Shown here one piece after another: positions 32,408 through 43,054 of a DNA stretch of 64,000 nucleotides (positions within the stretch are counted from its first letter, which is position 1; the number at the start of each line of letters is the position of its first letter). The notes under the pieces were generated by a model. That model searched no databases. It was not told where the DNA came from and worked only from the letters and a program-made list of their open reading frames with translations. The stretch is from NCBI GenBank assembly GCA_047602405.1, contig JASGHJ010000002.1, positions 1,696,001 through 1,760,000 on the forward strand. The letters run 5' to 3'. The stretch comes from Anaeromyxobacteraceae bacterium (GTDB taxonomy: Bacteria > Myxococcota > Myxococcia > Myxococcales > Anaeromyxobacteraceae). The translations under genes were made by a program, and so were the position numbers.

Positions 32408-33432
32408 GGCGTCCCTCCGCCGGTGGGCTCGCCGGAGCCGGAGGCCGCGGGCGCGGCCGGGGCAGGCGCCGCCGCGGGCGCGCCGGGCACCGGCTCGGGC
32501 TCCTCGGGCTTCGGCGGCTTCAGCGCCTCCGCCGCCGCCTTCGCGCGCTGGTCGGCCTGCTCCATGATCGCCTCCAGCTCCTCGAGGGCCTTGTCGCCCT
32601 CGGCACGGGTCTTCTCGAGCTCGGCCTGGAGCTTCCCGTCGGCGAGGTCGTCGACGATGCCGGAGATGCCGGCCGGCGTCTCGCCCTCCGGCGTCTTCTC
32701 CACGATCTCGCGGTGCTCCTCGGAGAGCTCCGCGAACTCGCGCAGGGTCGGGAGCGAGGCGAGGTCCTTCAGCGCGAAGAACTCGAGGAACTCGCGCGTC
32801 GTGCCGTACAGGATTGGCCGGCCCGGCTCCTCCTTCTTGCCGAGGATCTTCACGAGCTTCCGCTCGAGGAGCGCCTTGACGACCGCGCCGCAGTCCACGC
32901 CGCGGATCTCCTCGATCTCCGGGCGGGTCACCGGCTGGCGGTAGGCGATGATCGCGAGCGTCTCGAGCGCGGCGCGGGTGAGCCGCTGCGGCTTCACCTT
33001 GAGGAAGCGGCGCGCGAACTCCGAGTTGTCCGGCGAGGTGCGCAGCTGCCAGCCCCCGGCGACCTCGTGCAGGACGATGCCGCACACGCCCTCGCGGTAG
33101 TTGCCGGAGAGCTGGTCCATCGCCTTCGTGATGCGGTCCGGCTCGAGGCCGGTGCAGGCGCGGAGCTCCGGGATCGCGAGCGGCTTCTCGGCCAGGAACA
33201 GCAGCGTCTCGATGACCGTGCGGACGCGGGCCTCCGAGAGCCGCTTCGCCGCCGCGGCGAGCTTCTCGAAGGGCTCCTCCTTCTCGTCCGGCACGTCGAT
33301 GTCGGCGGGGTCGACGTCGTCGAGCTCGGGGTCGCCGGCCTTCGCCTCCTCCGCGGCCTGGAGCGCGGCCAGCTCCTCCGGGGCGGGGCCCGGCGCGGCG
33401 GGCGCGTCTGCGCCGCTCTTCTTCTCGCTCAT
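32404..33432 (-). CDS. scpB: SMC-Scp complex subunit ScpB
   Basis: LETLAIIAYRQPVTR, IRGV, GRPILYGTT..FL. Confidence 0.95.
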   Translation of the reverse strand: MSEKKSGADAPAAPGPAPEELAALQAAEEAKAGDPELDDVDPADIDVPDEKEEPFEKLAAAAKRLSEARVRTVIETLLFLAEKPLAIPELRACTGLEPDRITKAMDQLSGNYREGVCGIVLHEVAGGWQLRTSPDNSEFARRFLKVKPQRLTRAALETLAIIAYRQPVTRPEIEEIRGVDCGAVVKALLERKLVKILGKKEEPGRPILYGTTREFLEFFALKDLASLPTLREFAELSEEHREIVEKTPEGETPAGISGIVDDLADGKLQAELEKTRAEGDKALEELEAIMEQADQRAKAAAEALKPPKPEEPEPVPGAPAAAPAPAAPAASGSGEPTGGGTP

Positions 33433-34328
33433 CGGTAGTCCTCCGGGCCGGTCTGGGGCACGTCGTCGCCCAGGGTGTCGCGCGCCTCGACGAGGATCTC
33501 GGCGCCGGGGCCGGCGTCGTCGAGCGCGGCCTGGTAGATGCGCACCAGCCGGAGCTTCGCCATCTCGAGGATGGCGAGGAAGGTGGAGATGATGGCGGGC
33601 TTGCCGTGGGGCCGGTCCGGCGGCCCCGCGAGCAGCTCCGCGAAGGTGGCCCGGCGGTTCAGCCGGAGCACCTCGGCCACCCGCGCGATGGCGTCGCCGA
33701 TGGCGAGCCGCTCGACGTTGACCTGGTGGAAGGTCTCGGGCTTCGCGTGCTCGAGGGCGCGGGCGAGCGCCTCGATGAGCTTGAACACCGAGACGTCGGC
33801 GAGCCCCTCCGGGCCCTCGACCGAGATCTTCTCGACGCGCGCCCGGCGGGTGAAGACGGTGCGGTCGAGGATGTCGCGCTGGCCGAGCTCCTCGCCGGCG
33901 GACTTGTACTTCTGGTAGACGAGCAGCCGCTTCACGAGTTCGGCGCGCGGGTCCACCCCCGCGTCCTCGGCCGGCGCGTCCTCCGCCACCTCGGTGCGCG
34001 GCAGGAGCAGCCTCGACTTCATGAGGACGAGCTGCGACGCCATGTGCAGGAACTCGCCCGCGAGGTCGATGTCGAGCTCCCGGAGCGCCTCGAGCGTCGC
34101 GAGGTAGCTCTCGGTGATCTTGGCGATTGGGATGTCGAAGAGGTCGACCTCGTGCTCCTTCACGAGGTGCAGGATCAGGTCGAGGGGCCCCTCGAACGGA
34201 GGCTCGCCCGCCTTGAGCGGCGGCAGCGTGACGCGGAACGCCTCGGCGGCCGCGCGCGCGCTCGCCTCCGACGCCGGATCGGCCGGGTCGGGACGGTCGT
34301 CTGCCTCGCTGTCCTTACGCCGGGCCAA
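33429..34328 (-). CDS. scpA: Segregation/condensation protein A
   Basis: FEGPLDLILHL, KSRLLLP, FLAILEM. Confidence 0.93.
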   Translation of the reverse strand: MARRKDSEADDRPDPADPASEASARAAAEAFRVTLPPLKAGEPPFEGPLDLILHLVKEHEVDLFDIPIAKITESYLATLEALRELDIDLAGEFLHMASQLVLMKSRLLLPRTEVAEDAPAEDAGVDPRAELVKRLLVYQKYKSAGEELGQRDILDRTVFTRRARVEKISVEGPEGLADVSVFKLIEALARALEHAKPETFHQVNVERLAIGDAIARVAEVLRLNRRATFAELLAGPPDRPHGKPAIISTFLAILEMAKLRLVRIYQAALDDAGPGAEILVEARDTLGDDVPQTGPEDYR

Positions 34329-34340
34329 TGGCCGGGGGCC

Positions 34341-35341
34341 TCACGCGAGCTTGAGCTTCATGGCGGTGCGGACCTCGTCCATCGTCCGCGCCGCGACCTC
34401 GCGAGCCTTCCGGGTGCCGAGCTGGACGAGGTCATCCACGTCCTTCGGCTTCTGGAGCAGCGCCTCCCGGCGGGCCCGCATCTCGTCCTGCTGCGGCGAC
34501 AGCCTCTCGAGCAGCTTCTTCTTGCAGTCGACGCACCCGATCCCGGCGGTGCGGCAGTTCTGGTCCACCCACGAGACCGTCTCGGGCTCGCTCGTGACCT
34601 TGTGCAGGTAGAAGACGCCGCACACGTCCGGGTTGCCCGGATCCTTGCGCAGCTTGCGGGCCGGGTCGGTGACCATGCCCATGACCTTCTTCTGCGTGTC
34701 GGCCCCGGGCTCGCCGAGGTCGATGGTGTTGCCGTAGCTTCTTCGACATCTTCCGGCCGTCGGTCCCGAGGATTCTTGGGCGCGGCGGTGAGGAGCGGCG
34801 CCGGCTCGGGGAAGACGTTGCCGTACTGGGTGTTGAAGCGCCGCACGATCTCGCGCGACAGCTCGAGGTGCGGGACCTGGTCCACGCCCACCGGCACCTG
34901 GTTCGCCTTGTAGAGGATGATGTCGGCGGTCTGCAGCACCGGGTAGCCGAGGAAGCCGTAGAGCGCGAGGTCGCGGTCGGTGATGTTCTCGCGCAGCTCC
35001 TTGTACGAGGGCGACCGCTCGAGCCAGCCCACCGGCGTGATCATGCCGAGGAGCAGGAAGAGCTCGGCGTGCTCCTTCACCTCGCTCTGCACGAAGAGCG
35101 TCGCCTTCGCGGGGTCGATCCCGGCGGCGATGAAGTCCACGAACATCTCCCGCTCGGCCGCCTTGATGACCTCGGTCTGGTGGAAGTTCGTGGTGAGCGC
35201 GTGCCAGTCGGCGCTGAAGAAGAAGCAGGTCGCCTCGTCCTGGAGGCGGACCCAGTTCGCGAGCGCGCCGTGGAGGTGGCCGACGTGGAGCCGCCCGGTG
35301 GGGCGCATGCCGCTGAGGACGACGGGACGGTTGGCGGGCAT
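34341..35341 (-). CDS. trpS: Tryptophan-tRNA ligase (two apparent +1 errors near 34737 and 34771)
   Basis: SGMRPTG.LHVGH, YPVLQTADI, GVDQ, KMSK(S); essential gene, so errors are more likely than a pseudogene. Confidence 0.92.
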
Positions 35342-35346
35342 CTCGT

Positions 35347-35984
35347 TCACGCGATGAGGTAGATGAGCTTCTCGAGCTGACGGTACACGGCGGAGATTGG
35401 CCCCGCCACCAGGCGCCCGCCCCAGAGGAAGACCGCGATGAGCAGGACCGGCGCGTAGAGCTCGATGCGCCGCCAGCCCTCGGCGAGCGTGCGGGGCATG
35501 AGCCACGCGACCACCCGGCTCCCGTCGAGCGGCGGCACGGGCAAGAGGTTGAAGATCGCGAGGGCCACGTTGAGCACGACGAGCTCGCGCAGGAGCGGGA
35601 AGACCGGCCCCTCGACGAGCGCGGGCGCCCAGCGGATGAGGAGCCCGATGGCGATTGTCGACGCGAGCGCCAGCACGAGGTTCGACAGCGGGCCCGCGCC
35701 GGCGGTCAGCGCCATCCCCCCGGACATCGACACGTCCCGCCGGAAGCGGGCGGGGTTCACCGGCACCGGCTTCGCCCACCCGAACGGCACGCCGAGGAGG
35801 GGCAGGATGATGGTGCCGAGGAGGTCGATGTGCGCGATGGGGTTGAGCGTGAGCCGCCCTGCAGGGAGGCCGTGTCGTCGCCGAGCTTCCAGGCGCTCCA
35901 CGCGTGGGCCCACTCGTGGACCGTGAGGGAGATGATGAAGAGGGGGAGGACGGCGATGCGTCCGAGAAGTTCGTCGGGAGACAC
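35347..35984 (-). CDS. Site-2 protease, M50 family (apparent frameshift at ~35855)
   Basis: HEWAH in one frame; GWAKPVP, AGP and FNLLPVPPLDG in the next. Confidence 0.85.
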
Positions 35985-36076
35985 GGGGATATCGGGACCT
36001 CGGCGCGACCGAGAACAGGGGCGTGTAACACCCCCCTGCCCCCACCGTCAACGCGCACGGCAGGCGGGATAACCCC

Positions 36077-36982
36077 TCATGCCCTCGGGTGGAACCTGGC
36101 GTGGAGCCGCTGCGCGTGGGACCGGTCGACGTGGGTGTAGATCTGGGTGGTGGACACGTCCGCGTGGCCCAGCATGGCCTGCACCGCGCGCAGGTCCGCC
36201 CCGCCCTCGAGGAGGTGCGTCGCGAACGAGTGGCGGAGCTTGTGGGGGGAGATGCGCCGCCGGATCCCGGCGGCCCGCGCGTAGCGGTCGAGGAGCTTCG
36301 CGAAGCCGTGGCGGGTCATGCGCTTCCCGCGCGGCGTGACGAACAGGTCCCGGACCCGCTTGCCCTTCAGCATCCGGTCGCGGGCGGGGCCGAGCCAGGC
36401 CTTCACCGCGTCGGCGGCCGGCGCGCCGAGCGGCACGAGCCGTTCCTTGTTCCCCTTGCCGCGCGCGACGAGCACCCGCGACTCGAGGTCCACGTCGTTC
36501 ACGCCGAGCGACACGAGCTCCGAGACGCGCAGGCCGGTCGCGTAGAGGAGCTCCAGCATCGCGCGGTCGCGCACGCCGGCCGGCTTCCTGAGATCGGGCT
36601 GGCGCAGGATGTCGGCGATCTCGTCCCGCGCCGCCGGCTTCGGAAGCGCCCGCCCCGGCCGCGGGGAGGTGAGCTCGTCGCAGGGGTCGACCTCGACGAG
36701 CCGCTCGGAGAGGAGCAGCGCGTGCAGCCCGCGGATGGCGGAGAGCGCCCGGGCCTGCGACCGCGGCGAGAGCCCGCGGGCGACGAGCCCGGCGAGGTGG
36801 TCGCGGATCTCGGTGCGCCCGACCGCCCTCCAGTCACGGACGCCGAGCTGCTCGAGGTGATCGAGGTAGCGGCGCAGGTCGCGGCCGTAGCCCTCGACCG
36901 AGTTCGGGGAGAGGCCCTTCTCCACCCGGGCGTGGGCGAGGAAGAGATTGAGGGCGGCCTCGAGCCCGCTCAACGTCGTCAC
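36077..36982 (-). CDS. xerD: Site-specific tyrosine recombinase XerD
   Basis: LLYATGLRVSEL, GKGNKER, HKLRHSFATHLL, TTQIY. Confidence 0.92.
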   Translation of the reverse strand: MTTLSGLEAALNLFLAHARVEKGLSPNSVEGYGRDLRRYLDHLEQLGVRDWRAVGRTEIRDHLAGLVARGLSPRSQARALSAIRGLHALLLSERLVEVDPCDELTSPRPGRALPKPAARDEIADILRQPDLRKPAGVRDRAMLELLYATGLRVSELVSLGVNDVDLESRVLVARGKGNKERLVPLGAPAADAVKAWLGPARDRMLKGKRVRDLFVTPRGKRMTRHGFAKLLDRYARAAGIRRRISPHKLRHSFATHLLEGGADLRAVQAMLGHADVSTTQIYTHVDRSHAQRLHARFHPRA

Positions 36983-37602
36983 CCCACGAGGTCGGAGACG
37001 TCGCCCTTCCCCTGCCGGATCACGATCGGCTCCGGGCCGGAGAGGTCGATGACCGAGGACGGCTCGTTCGGCTTCACGCCGCTGTCGAGGATGAGGTCGA
37101 GCCCGTGCCCGAGCCGGTCCTTGATGTCGCGCGCGTCGACGAGCACCTCGCCCTCCGGCGTCGCCGCCGAGGTCGAGATGAGCGGGTGGCCGAGCTTCTT
37201 CACGATCTCGAGCGCCACCGGGCTGTCCGGGATGCGGATGCCGACCGTCTTCTGCCGGCGCAGCACGAGGTCCGGCACGAGCCGGGTCGCGGGGAGGATG
37301 AACGTGTAGGGGCCCGGCACCTTGCGCCGCAGCACGCGGTACGCGGCGTTGTCGACGATGGCGTAGCGCGAGATCTCGGCGAGATCCTGGCAGACGAACG
37401 AGAGCTCGTGCGTGCGCGGCAGGCCCTTGAGGAGGTAGATGCGCTCGATCGCCCGCTTGTCGAACAGGTCGCAGCCGATGCCGTAGTACGTGTCGGTCGG
37501 GTACGCGAGCAGGCCCCCGGACGCCAGCGCGGACACCGCGCGCTCGACCACCCTCGGCTGCGGGTGCTGCGGGTCGATCTCGACGATGGGCGCGGCGGCC
37601 AT
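36979..37602 (-). CDS. Sua5/YciO/YrdC family protein
   Basis: YPTDTYYG, PGPYTFIL, GIRIP, STSA. Confidence 0.9.
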   Translation of the reverse strand: MAAAPIVEIDPQHPQPRVVERAVSALASGGLLAYPTDTYYGIGCDLFDKRAIERIYLLKGLPRTHELSFVCQDLAEISRYAIVDNAAYRVLRRKVPGPYTFILPATRLVPDLVLRRQKTVGIRIPDSPVALEIVKKLGHPLISTSAATPEGEVLVDARDIKDRLGHGLDLILDSGVKPNEPSSVIDLSGPEPIVIRQGKGDVSDLVG

Positions 37603-37668
37603 GGGACTGACTATCTAGCAGCTTTCCCGGGCCCCCAAAAGAAACGCTGGGCGTCGCCGGGAAGCGGC

Positions 37669-38285
37669 CTAGCCGGTCGCCCGGGGCGCGAGGCCGGCGA
37701 GGCCCTCGACCGTGCTCACGAGCACCTTGAAGTCGATGGGCTTTCTGACCCAGGCGTCGAAGCCGGCCTTCTGCAGGCGCGCCTCGGTCTCCGGGCCGCG
37801 CATCGAGGTGCAGGCGACGACCGGGATGCCCTTCGACTCCTCGCGCTCGCGCAGGAGCGCGAGGACCTCGTAGCCATCGAGCCCGGGCATCACGAGGTCG
37901 AGCATGATCACGGCGGGCGTGTTCTTGCCGACGAGGTAGCCGGCGAGGAAGCCCTGGCGCGCGGTCTCGACCGTGAAGCCGTTCGCGCCGAGGAGCTCCT
38001 TCACCACCTCGAGGAACGCCTCGTCGTCGTCCACGACGAGCACGCGCCGGCCGGGCCGAGCCTCCGCGGTCTCCTCGACCGGGTCGCTCGCGAGCTCGGG
38101 GGGATCGGGATCGAGCGCGACGTCAGGAAGCGCCGCAGCTCGTCGACCGCGACGCGCCCGTGCCCGCCGACCGTCTTGTGCGCTCGGATGGCGCCGTCCC
38201 GGATCCAGTTGGTGACGGTCCGCGGGGAGACGCCGCAGGCGGCGGCGACCTCCACGCTCGTCAGGTATCTCGTCGGCTTTTGCAA
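37669..38285 (-). CDS. Excisionase-like HTH plus receiver-domain regulator (1-nt loss in G-run ~38098-38103)
   Basis: EVAAACGVSPRTV..W...T.GGH.R; VLVVDDD, DLVMPGLDG, KP. Confidence 0.8.
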
Positions 38286-38434
38286 CGGGCCCCCGCCCGG
38301 CCTACCACCCGGGAGTCGGGGACCGTAGCAGCCGGTCCCCCGGCGGTGCAACCGTCCGTCGTGGCAGGCCCCTGAGTTTCACCCCGGGGTACACCCGGGT
38401 GGGGTCTCGGGGCCTGCCGCTTCGCCGGCGCCCC

Positions 38435-38647
38435 TCAGCGGCGGGTCTTCCCGCGCTCGATCAGCTCGCGGACCCGCTGCCCTCCCTTCCTGCCGATCTC
38501 CTCGTAGAACGCGTGCCCGCGCTCGTCACGCACGGCGATGCCGCCCTTGCGGCCGGCCTCCGACACGGTCATCCCGCGACGGGTCGCGCCCGCGCCGTCC
38601 TCGGGCTCGGCGCGCGTCGCGCCGTCCTTCCCTTCTTCCTCGGCCAT
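38435..38647 (-). CDS. KGG-repeat general stress protein
   Basis: MTVSEAGRKGG...FYEEIGRKGG. Confidence 0.85.
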   Translation of the reverse strand: MAEEEGKDGATRAEPEDGAGATRRGMTVSEAGRKGGIAVRDERGHAFYEEIGRKGGQRVRELIERGKTRR

Positions 38648-38689
38648 CTTCCCCTCCCCCTGTCACCGCGCCCCCGCGCGGATGCCCGC

Positions 38690-39079
38690 CTAGCGCTCGT
38701 CCGGCGTGGTGGGCGCCTCGCCCTCGCTGGCGCCGGCCTTCCCCTTCTCGATGAGCTCGCGGACCTTGTGACCGCCCTTGCGCCCGATCTCCTCGTAGAA
38801 GGGCGTCCCGCGCTCGGCCTTGATGGTCTCGCCGCCCTTCTTGCCGATCTCCTCGTAGAAGCGCGGGCCACGCTCGGCCTTCACCGTGTCCCCGCCCTTC
38901 TTGCCGATCTCCTCGTAGAACTTGCGGCCCCGCTCGGCCTTCACGGTCTCGCCGCCCTTCTTGCCGATCTCCTCGTAGAACTTCCGGCCGCGGGTCTCGC
39001 GCACGCGGACGCCGCCCTTCCGCCCCGCCTCGGAGACGGTCATCGCTCCCTTGCTGCCGCCCTTCTTCTCATCCGCCAT
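38690..39079 (-). CDS. KGG-repeat (GsiB/Em-like) general stress protein
   Basis: Four FYEEIG[KR]KGG repeats with a 20-aa period. Confidence 0.88.
   Translation of the reverse strand: MADEKKGGSKGAMTVSEAGRKGGVRVRETRGRKFYEEIGKKGGETVKAERGRKFYEEIGKKGGDTVKAERGPRFYEEIGKKGGETIKAERGTPFYEEIGRKGGHKVRELIEKGKAGASEGEAPTTPDER
38771..38990. repeat. 60-bp coding tandem repeats
   Basis: CCGCCCTT...CCGATCTCCTCGTAGAA recurs every 60 bp. Confidence 0.85.
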
Positions 39080-40010
39080 GTGTGACCCCCGTGCTGACAA
39101 TGTGGGCGCTCGCCCCCCGGCGCCGCAGCGCCCGGGCGAGCACGTGGTCGGCGATGGGCTCCGCCATGTCGAGCCCGGTCGCGCCGAGGATCCCGCGCCA
39201 GCTGGGATTCCCGTTCACCTCGATCACCCAGGCGCCCACGCGCCCGAGCACGAGATCGACGCCTGCGTAGTCGAGGCCCACCGCGAGCGCGGCGGCCTCC
39301 GCGGTGGACGCGAGCACCGGCGAGAGCTCCACCGCCTCGGCCTCCCCGCCCCCGGCGACGTTCGTGCGCCACTCGCCGGGAGGCGCCACCCGCGCGATCG
39401 CCGCGCGGGCCCGTCCCCCGACCACGAACACCCGGGCGTCGCGGCCCGGGTGCTCGACCCAGGCCTGAAGGTAGATCCCGCCGTCCCGGGCGGCGCGCTC
39501 GCGCACCGCCGCGCGGCCGGCCGCGTCGTCGTGCACGCGCACCACGCCGTCGCCGAGGGAGCCCGCCACCGGCTTCATGACCGCGTCGCCGAGCCCGGCG
39601 AGCACGCGCAGGGCGTCCTCCTCGCGCTGGGCCACCGCCGAGGGCGGCGTGGGGACGCCGGCCCGGGCGAGGAGTCGCGAGGTCCGGAACTTGTCCTGGG
39701 CGGAGAGCAGCGCGTCGAGCCGGTTCACCACGAGCGCGCCCTCGTCCTCGAGCGCGCGGTAGAGCTCGAACTGGAGGTCGGCGTCGCCGACCCGGCCGAG
39801 CCCCCGGACGAGCACGAAGGCGTCGAGCGACCGGGCGGGCTCGTCACCGGCCCAGAGCTCGGTGCGCTCGCCGCGCACGCGGGCCGAGAAGGACTCCGGC
39901 GCGAGGGTCACCACGCGAGCGCTCCCGGAGAGGACGGCCACCAGCCGGTCGCTGTGCCAGTCCACCTCCGGCCAGGCCGTGACCACCCCGATCCTGACCT
40001 CACGGTTCAT
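39069..40010 (-). CDS. RimK family ATP-grasp ligase
   Basis: DKFRT..LL..AGVPTP, KP..GS.G.G, WRTNVAGGG, GVD, IEVN. Confidence 0.88.
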   Translation of the reverse strand: MNREVRIGVVTAWPEVDWHSDRLVAVLSGSARVVTLAPESFSARVRGERTELWAGDEPARSLDAFVLVRGLGRVGDADLQFELYRALEDEGALVVNRLDALLSAQDKFRTSRLLARAGVPTPPSAVAQREEDALRVLAGLGDAVMKPVAGSLGDGVVRVHDDAAGRAAVRERAARDGGIYLQAWVEHPGRDARVFVVGGRARAAIARVAPPGEWRTNVAGGGEAEAVELSPVLASTAEAAALAVGLDYAGVDLVLGRVGAWVIEVNGNPSWRGILGATGLDMAEPIADHVLARALRRRGASAHIVSTGVTHGG

Positions 40011-40219
40011 GCGCGCCCTTCCCGGAGACACCGCGCGGGCCCTTCACCCCGCGGGAAGGCGAGCACCTCCCCTTCCGCTCGACCTGCCGGGGGAAAGGGT
40101 GGACACGCCCCCCTGGCCGGACAAGGGCGCGCACTCCCGAGCGTTTCGGTGGAGGTCTCCCGGGCACGCGCCCGGGCGGGGCGACCCCCCGGGGACGCCC
40201 GCCGGTTCCTGCGCAGGGC

Positions 40220-43003
40220 TCAGGCGTCGGCGCGCGAGAGCGCGGCCCGGACCGACTCGACGACCTTCGCGCCGAGCTCGCCCTCGAGCCGCCGGCCGTC
40301 GGCCGTGCGGACGTAGAAGGCGTCGCTCGCCCGATGTCCCTCGGTGGAGATGCGCGCGAGGTCCACCGAGAGCCCGAGCTCGAAGAAGGTCCGGGAGAGC
40401 GTGTGCAGGAGCCCCACGCGGTCGGTCGTGAAGACGTCCACAACGCTGTGCGTGCGCGAGCTGTCGTTGTCGACGACCACCTTCGTCGCGAGGCGCGGGA
40501 GCGGCTTCTGCGGCAGCGCCGAGGCCTTGAGCCGCCGCGCCATCAGCGCGTCGAGCGGCTCCTCCCCGGAGAGCACCCGGACGAGGTCGCGCCGGCACGC
40601 CCGCCAGCGGAGCGCCTCCACGGCGGTCTCCTCCGGCCCGCGCAGCTCGAAGACGTCGAGCGCCCGCCCGGCGAGCACGCCGTGGGCGGGATCCTCGGGC
40701 GTCGAGAAGACCTCGGCGTGGTGGATGTCGATGCGGTGGGCGGCGAGCACCCCCGCGATTGTGGCGAGGAGGCCGGGACGGTCGGCCGCGACGAGCGTCA
40801 TCTCCGACTGGTTGCGCTCCGGGCGGTGCCGGATGGCGGTCACGACGGCGCGGCCCCTCCCGAGGTGGAGGAGGCGCTGGTGCGCGGGCGCCTGGGCGGG
40901 CGGCTCGGTGACGAAGTAGCGCGCGGGCATCGCCGCGAGGAACGCGGTCCGATCCGCGGACGAGCCGTGGCCGCGGAGCTCCAGGGCGGCCGAGACCGCC
41001 GCCCGCCCGGCCGCCTCGGCGGTGCCGGGCTCGGGGCGCCGCTCGCCGAGCGCGAGCGCGTCGCGGGTCTTCTGGAAGAGCTCGCGCAGGAGCCTGGCCT
41101 TCCACTCGGTCCACGTGCGCGGGCCGACGGTCGCCATGTCCGCGTAGGTCAAGGCGTAGAGCTTCTCGAGGCGGTCGATGGTGCCCACCTCGTCCGCGAA
41201 CGCGTGGATGAGGTCGGGGTCGGAGAGGTCGCGCCGCTGGGCGATGGCCGACATGCGCAGGTGCTTCGCGACGAGCCACTCCACGTCGGCGGCGTCGGCC
41301 GGGTCGATGCCCATGCGCACGCAGGCGGCCGCCGCGATCTCGGCGCCGCGGACGGAGTGGTCCTTGCCGGAGCCCTTCCCGATGTCGTGGAACAGGGTGC
41401 CGAGGAAGAGCGCGAGCGGCCGGGCCATCCGGCGCGTGACCTCGCCCACGAGCTCCTCGTCGACGTCGGCGCACCGGAGCGCGAGCAGCCGGCGCACCGC
41501 GAACAGCGAGTGAACGTCCACGGTGTACACGTGGTAGACGTCGAACTGCCGCCGCGCCGTGACGGCCGCGAACTCCGGCACCAGCCTGGGGAGCACCCCG
41601 AGCTCGTGCATGACGGTCAGGAAGCGGCCGCGCGTGCCCTGCCGGATGAGCCCGGAGAGGAGCTCCTGGTTGAGCTCCGGGTCCGCGGCGGCCTCCGGCG
41701 GGAGCTCGTCCGCCGCCTGCGCGGCGAGGTCGCGGGCGTACGGGTAGAGATCGAGCCCCTCGAAGTCGGCGGTGGTGAAGAGCCGGACGAGCGCCGCCGG
41801 CGAGCGCCAGAGCACCTCGCGGTCGACGACCGTGATCCGGTTCCGGAAGACCTTGAACTCGCCGCCCACGATGAGCCGGTCGGCCGTGCGGGTGGGCTGG
41901 CCGCGGAGCACCGGGACCGGCCGCTCGGCGCCGATGATGGCGGCGGGCGGCGGCACCATGCGCCAGCCCTGCTGGGTGACGGGCTCGAGGCAGCGATCGA
42001 TGACGGCGTCGCACGCGACGAGCACGGTCTTCGCGGCGAGGTAGTAGTGGCGCGCGAAGGCCTCCACCGCCGGCGTCCCCTCCTGATCGCGGTACCCGAG
42101 GGCCTCGGCGACCGAGGGCTGCACGTCGAAGGTGAGCTGGTCCCACTTCCGGCCGGCCTGGTAGTGGAGCTCGTTGCGCACCCGCCAGAGGAAGTCGCGG
42201 GCCCGGCGCATCTCCTCGATCTCGGTCGCCGGGAGGAGCGCGCGGGAGAGGAGCTCGCCGAGGCCGCCGACCTTGAAGCGGACGCGGGCGCACCAGAGCG
42301 CCGACTGCAGGTCGCGCAGCCCGCCCTCCGACTCCTTGACGTTCGGCTCCAGCATGTAGAGGGAGTCGCCGAACCGCTCGCGGCGCTGCCGCATCTCGGC
42401 GAGCTTGTCGGAGAGGAAGCCCTCGACCTTCGCCTCGGAGAGGCCGTGCAGCTGCTCGCGCTCGAGCTCGCGGAAGAGGTCCCGGTCCCCCGCCAGGAAG
42501 CGCAGGTCGAGGAGCGCGGTGCGCGCGGTGTGGTCCTCCCGGGCGATCTGGTCGCAGGCCTGGAGGTTGCGGACCGCCCAGCCCACGTCGAGCTTCAGGT
42601 CCCAGAGCGCGTAGAGGAGCCGCTCGCCGCACTCCTTCACGAAGGCGTCGGGCTCCCTGAGGCCGTGGAGCAGCATGAGGTCGACGTCGCTGTGCGGGGC
42701 CTGCTCGCGCCGCCCGTACCCGCCGAGCGCGACGAGCGCCACCGGCGACGGGCGGTGCTGCCGGCCGGCCGTCTCGACCGCGCGCTCCCAGAGGAGCGTC
42801 ACGATCCGGTCCAGGGCGGCGGCCTGGAGCCGCACCACCGTGTGGCCGCTCCCGCCCTCGCGGTGCACCTGCTCGACGTACCTCCGCTGGGCCAGGAAGT
42901 CGGCCTTCACGTCGCCGGTCAGGGCGGGCAGGCCGGGCAGCTTCTCGTCGAGGAGGAACGGGGCGGTCTTCGGGAGGCTCGGCTGCAGCGAGGCTGGACG
43001 CAC
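40220..43003 (-). CDS. glnD: [PII] uridylyltransferase
   Basis: ALGGYGR...SDVD, EPNVKESEGGLRD, YTVDVH, HDIGKG, C-terminal ACT domains. Confidence 0.95.
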   Translation of the reverse strand: MRPASLQPSLPKTAPFLLDEKLPGLPALTGDVKADFLAQRRYVEQVHREGGSGHTVVRLQAAALDRIVTLLWERAVETAGRQHRPSPVALVALGGYGRREQAPHSDVDLMLLHGLREPDAFVKECGERLLYALWDLKLDVGWAVRNLQACDQIAREDHTARTALLDLRFLAGDRDLFRELEREQLHGLSEAKVEGFLSDKLAEMRQRRERFGDSLYMLEPNVKESEGGLRDLQSALWCARVRFKVGGLGELLSRALLPATEIEEMRRARDFLWRVRNELHYQAGRKWDQLTFDVQPSVAEALGYRDQEGTPAVEAFARHYYLAAKTVLVACDAVIDRCLEPVTQQGWRMVPPPAAIIGAERPVPVLRGQPTRTADRLIVGGEFKVFRNRITVVDREVLWRSPAALVRLFTTADFEGLDLYPYARDLAAQAADELPPEAAADPELNQELLSGLIRQGTRGRFLTVMHELGVLPRLVPEFAAVTARRQFDVYHVYTVDVHSLFAVRRLLALRCADVDEELVGEVTRRMARPLALFLGTLFHDIGKGSGKDHSVRGAEIAAAACVRMGIDPADAADVEWLVAKHLRMSAIAQRRDLSDPDLIHAFADEVGTIDRLEKLYALTYADMATVGPRTWTEWKARLLRELFQKTRDALALGERRPEPGTAEAAGRAAVSAALELRGHGSSADRTAFLAAMPARYFVTEPPAQAPAHQRLLHLGRGRAVVTAIRHRPERNQSEMTLVAADRPGLLATIAGVLAAHRIDIHHAEVFSTPEDPAHGVLAGRALDVFELRGPEETAVEALRWRACRRDLVRVLSGEEPLDALMARRLKASALPQKPLPRLATKVVVDNDSSRTHSVVDVFTTDRVGLLHTLSRTFFELGLSVDLARISTEGHRASDAFYVRTADGRRLEGELGAKVVESVRAALSRADA

Positions 43004-43054
43004 GAGGAGGAGTCTAGCTGCCCTCGGGCCGCGTTGCAGCCTGGCTTCGGCCGC

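Noticed and set aside
27272..32944. 1890-aa + strand ORF and similar giant ORFs (e.g. 40334-45070, 688-3750)
   Set aside because: Antisense shadows of real genes in GC-rich DNA, with R/G/A-rich low-information translations
34341..35341. trpS, mutS, lexA, apbC and others as true pseudogenes or programmed frameshifts
   Set aside because: Breaks are single-base events mostly at GATC or homopolymer runs, with no other decay, so sequencing error is more parsimonious
36077..38285. Prophage integrase/excisionase pair
   Set aside because: The recombinase is XerD in a housekeeping operon, the excisionase-like HTH is fused to a receiver domain, and no phage genes or att sites were seen
38771..38990. 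Regular 60-bp repeat resembling a repeat-spacer array
   Set aside because: It is the in-frame coding repeat of a KGG protein, and the 'spacers' are similar to one another
40020..40170. Possible structured ncRNA between glnD and the RimK-like gene
   Set aside because: Only an imperfect ~11-bp terminal complementarity in very GC-rich DNA; no recognisable family motif
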